NCBI RefSeq assembly: GCF_016433145.1
Contig: NC_058131.1
Coordinates: forward strand, 232,317,395-232,381,394
Direction: 5' to 3'
From: Gracilinanus agilis
Lineage: Eukaryota
Length of the DNA stretch: 64,000 nt
Under the pieces are notes generated by a model. That model saw nothing but the letters and a program-made list of their open reading frames with translations. It was not told where the DNA came from and ran no database searches. Shown in pieces: positions 62,591 through 64,000 of the stretch (position 1 is its first letter; every line of letters begins with the position of its first letter). The translations under genes were made by a program, and so were the position numbers.

Positions 62591-64000
62591 CTAGTTCCTA
62601 ATTTTTAAAAGCTTAATTATTTCATAAATCTGTCCCTTTTGGGTATACTACATATTTTGAGGATTGATCTAGCTGCGTCTCAGAAATTTTAGTATATGGC
62701 TTCATCGTTTCCTTTCACATAATTGTTTCTTTAGCCCTCTGGTTTAGAATCTAGAATTTCATGATTAAATCTTCGAGTTTGTTTCTTTTGTTTGAGCTCC
62801 CTGAACAGATGATTACTTTTTTTGGTATTATGATCTTTAAAGGATGTTTACTATTTTTGCTCTTTTACATTTATTTACAATATATCTATAACCTAATATA
62901 TGCTCAGTTTTTGTAAAAAAAGCAAAATGACAAATGTTAGAGGGGCTGTGGGAAAACAGGTACCTTAATGCACCGTTGATGGAGCTTTGAATTTGTTTAC
63001 CAGTCTGGAAAGCATTTCAAAGGTTTGGAACTATGACTAAAAACTATTAAACTGTGTGTACTTTTTGACTCAATGATATCACTACTGGGTCTATACCCCA
63101 AGGAGATCAGGGAAAAAGGATCAAAAACTGAGGGCATGCTCATCACTTGGGGAATGATTAAACAAAACAAGCTATGGCAAATGGAATATCATTGTGCTGT
63201 AAGAACTAAGGGGATGATTTAAACAAAACAAAACAAAACAAAACCTGACTTGTATGAACTAATGCAAAGTAAAGTGAGCAGAACCAAATATACAGTAACA
63301 ATTTTGTAAAGTTAAACAGCTAAAGATTTAGGAATTGTGACCAACACAATGACCAACCACCAATCCAAGGAGACTGATTCATGATGAGATATACTATCCA
63401 CCTCCTCCAGGTAGAGGGCTGCCAGATGTGAGAGTGCAGGCTGAAGCCCATTTTCTTTTTTTTGGACATGGCCAATGTGGGGTTTTGCTTGACTGTCCAT
63501 ATTTGTAATGGATTTTGATTTGCTTGCCTTCTCAATGCATGGGGGAGGGGGATATGGAAGAGAGAGAAAATTCAGAACTGAAAATAAAATTGAATTTAAA
63601 AAATGAAAAGGAAAAAAATATAAAAAAAGAACATAACTCTCCTTCCATGAGAAGGTTCTTCCATTGGACCTCCTTTCATTTCACTAGTGATTTTTCTTTT
63701 CCAGTTCCAATGTCTTCCCCTTTGCTACCTCATTCATTCCAGAAAATGATTTTATTGAAAAAACATGTTCACCAAGAACCAAGGCCAAACAAATACACTC
63801 TTCTAGTTCTTAGTTTTATGGTTTCTTCCTGCTGTACAGCACTCAAATTCACTTAAGATGTCTTTGCCATCATTTTAATTTTTTATTCTTTCTGTACTCT
63901 TGAAGAGAGGTCTTTGGTTGGTTTTCTCCTCCCCTGGCAAATCTTATAGTGTTAGAAATATAAGCAGCCTCTCAAAACATTTCCCACTGAATCTATAAGT

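Overview
Mammalian (marsupial) genomic DNA, most likely the opossum Monodelphis domestica or a close didelphid, judged from young SINE1_Mdo/MAR1-type CORE-SINEs and marsupial L1 ends. It is the inverted orthologue of human 2p23.3. Left to right: EMILIN1 (minus strand, 8 coding exons, 1009 aa); a 21-kb repeat-rich interval containing an orphan CpG island; OST4 (plus strand, 37 aa); AGBL5/CCP5 (minus strand, 14 coding exons plus a non-coding exon 1, 889 aa, with an intronic-polyadenylation short form of about 714 aa); a 134-N assembly gap; an intron-containing tRNA-Tyr(GTA) gene; then 11 kb of mostly L1/SINE/LTR relics. All exon boundaries were read by hand, obey GT-AG, and join in frame. I see no new protein-coding system. 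The best leads are regulatory or RNA-level: a hAT MITE carrying a CTCF core motif, an orphan CpG island with a perfect CArG box, the AGBL5 intronic-polyA isoform, overlapping AGBL5/OST4 3' UTRs, a splice donor overlapping the OST4 stop codon, an overlapping uORF in AGBL5, and a probably missing tRNA-Ala in the gap. Repeat-family names and human comparisons are from memory, not from searches. Repeat coordinates are approximate unless target-site duplications (TSDs) are given.
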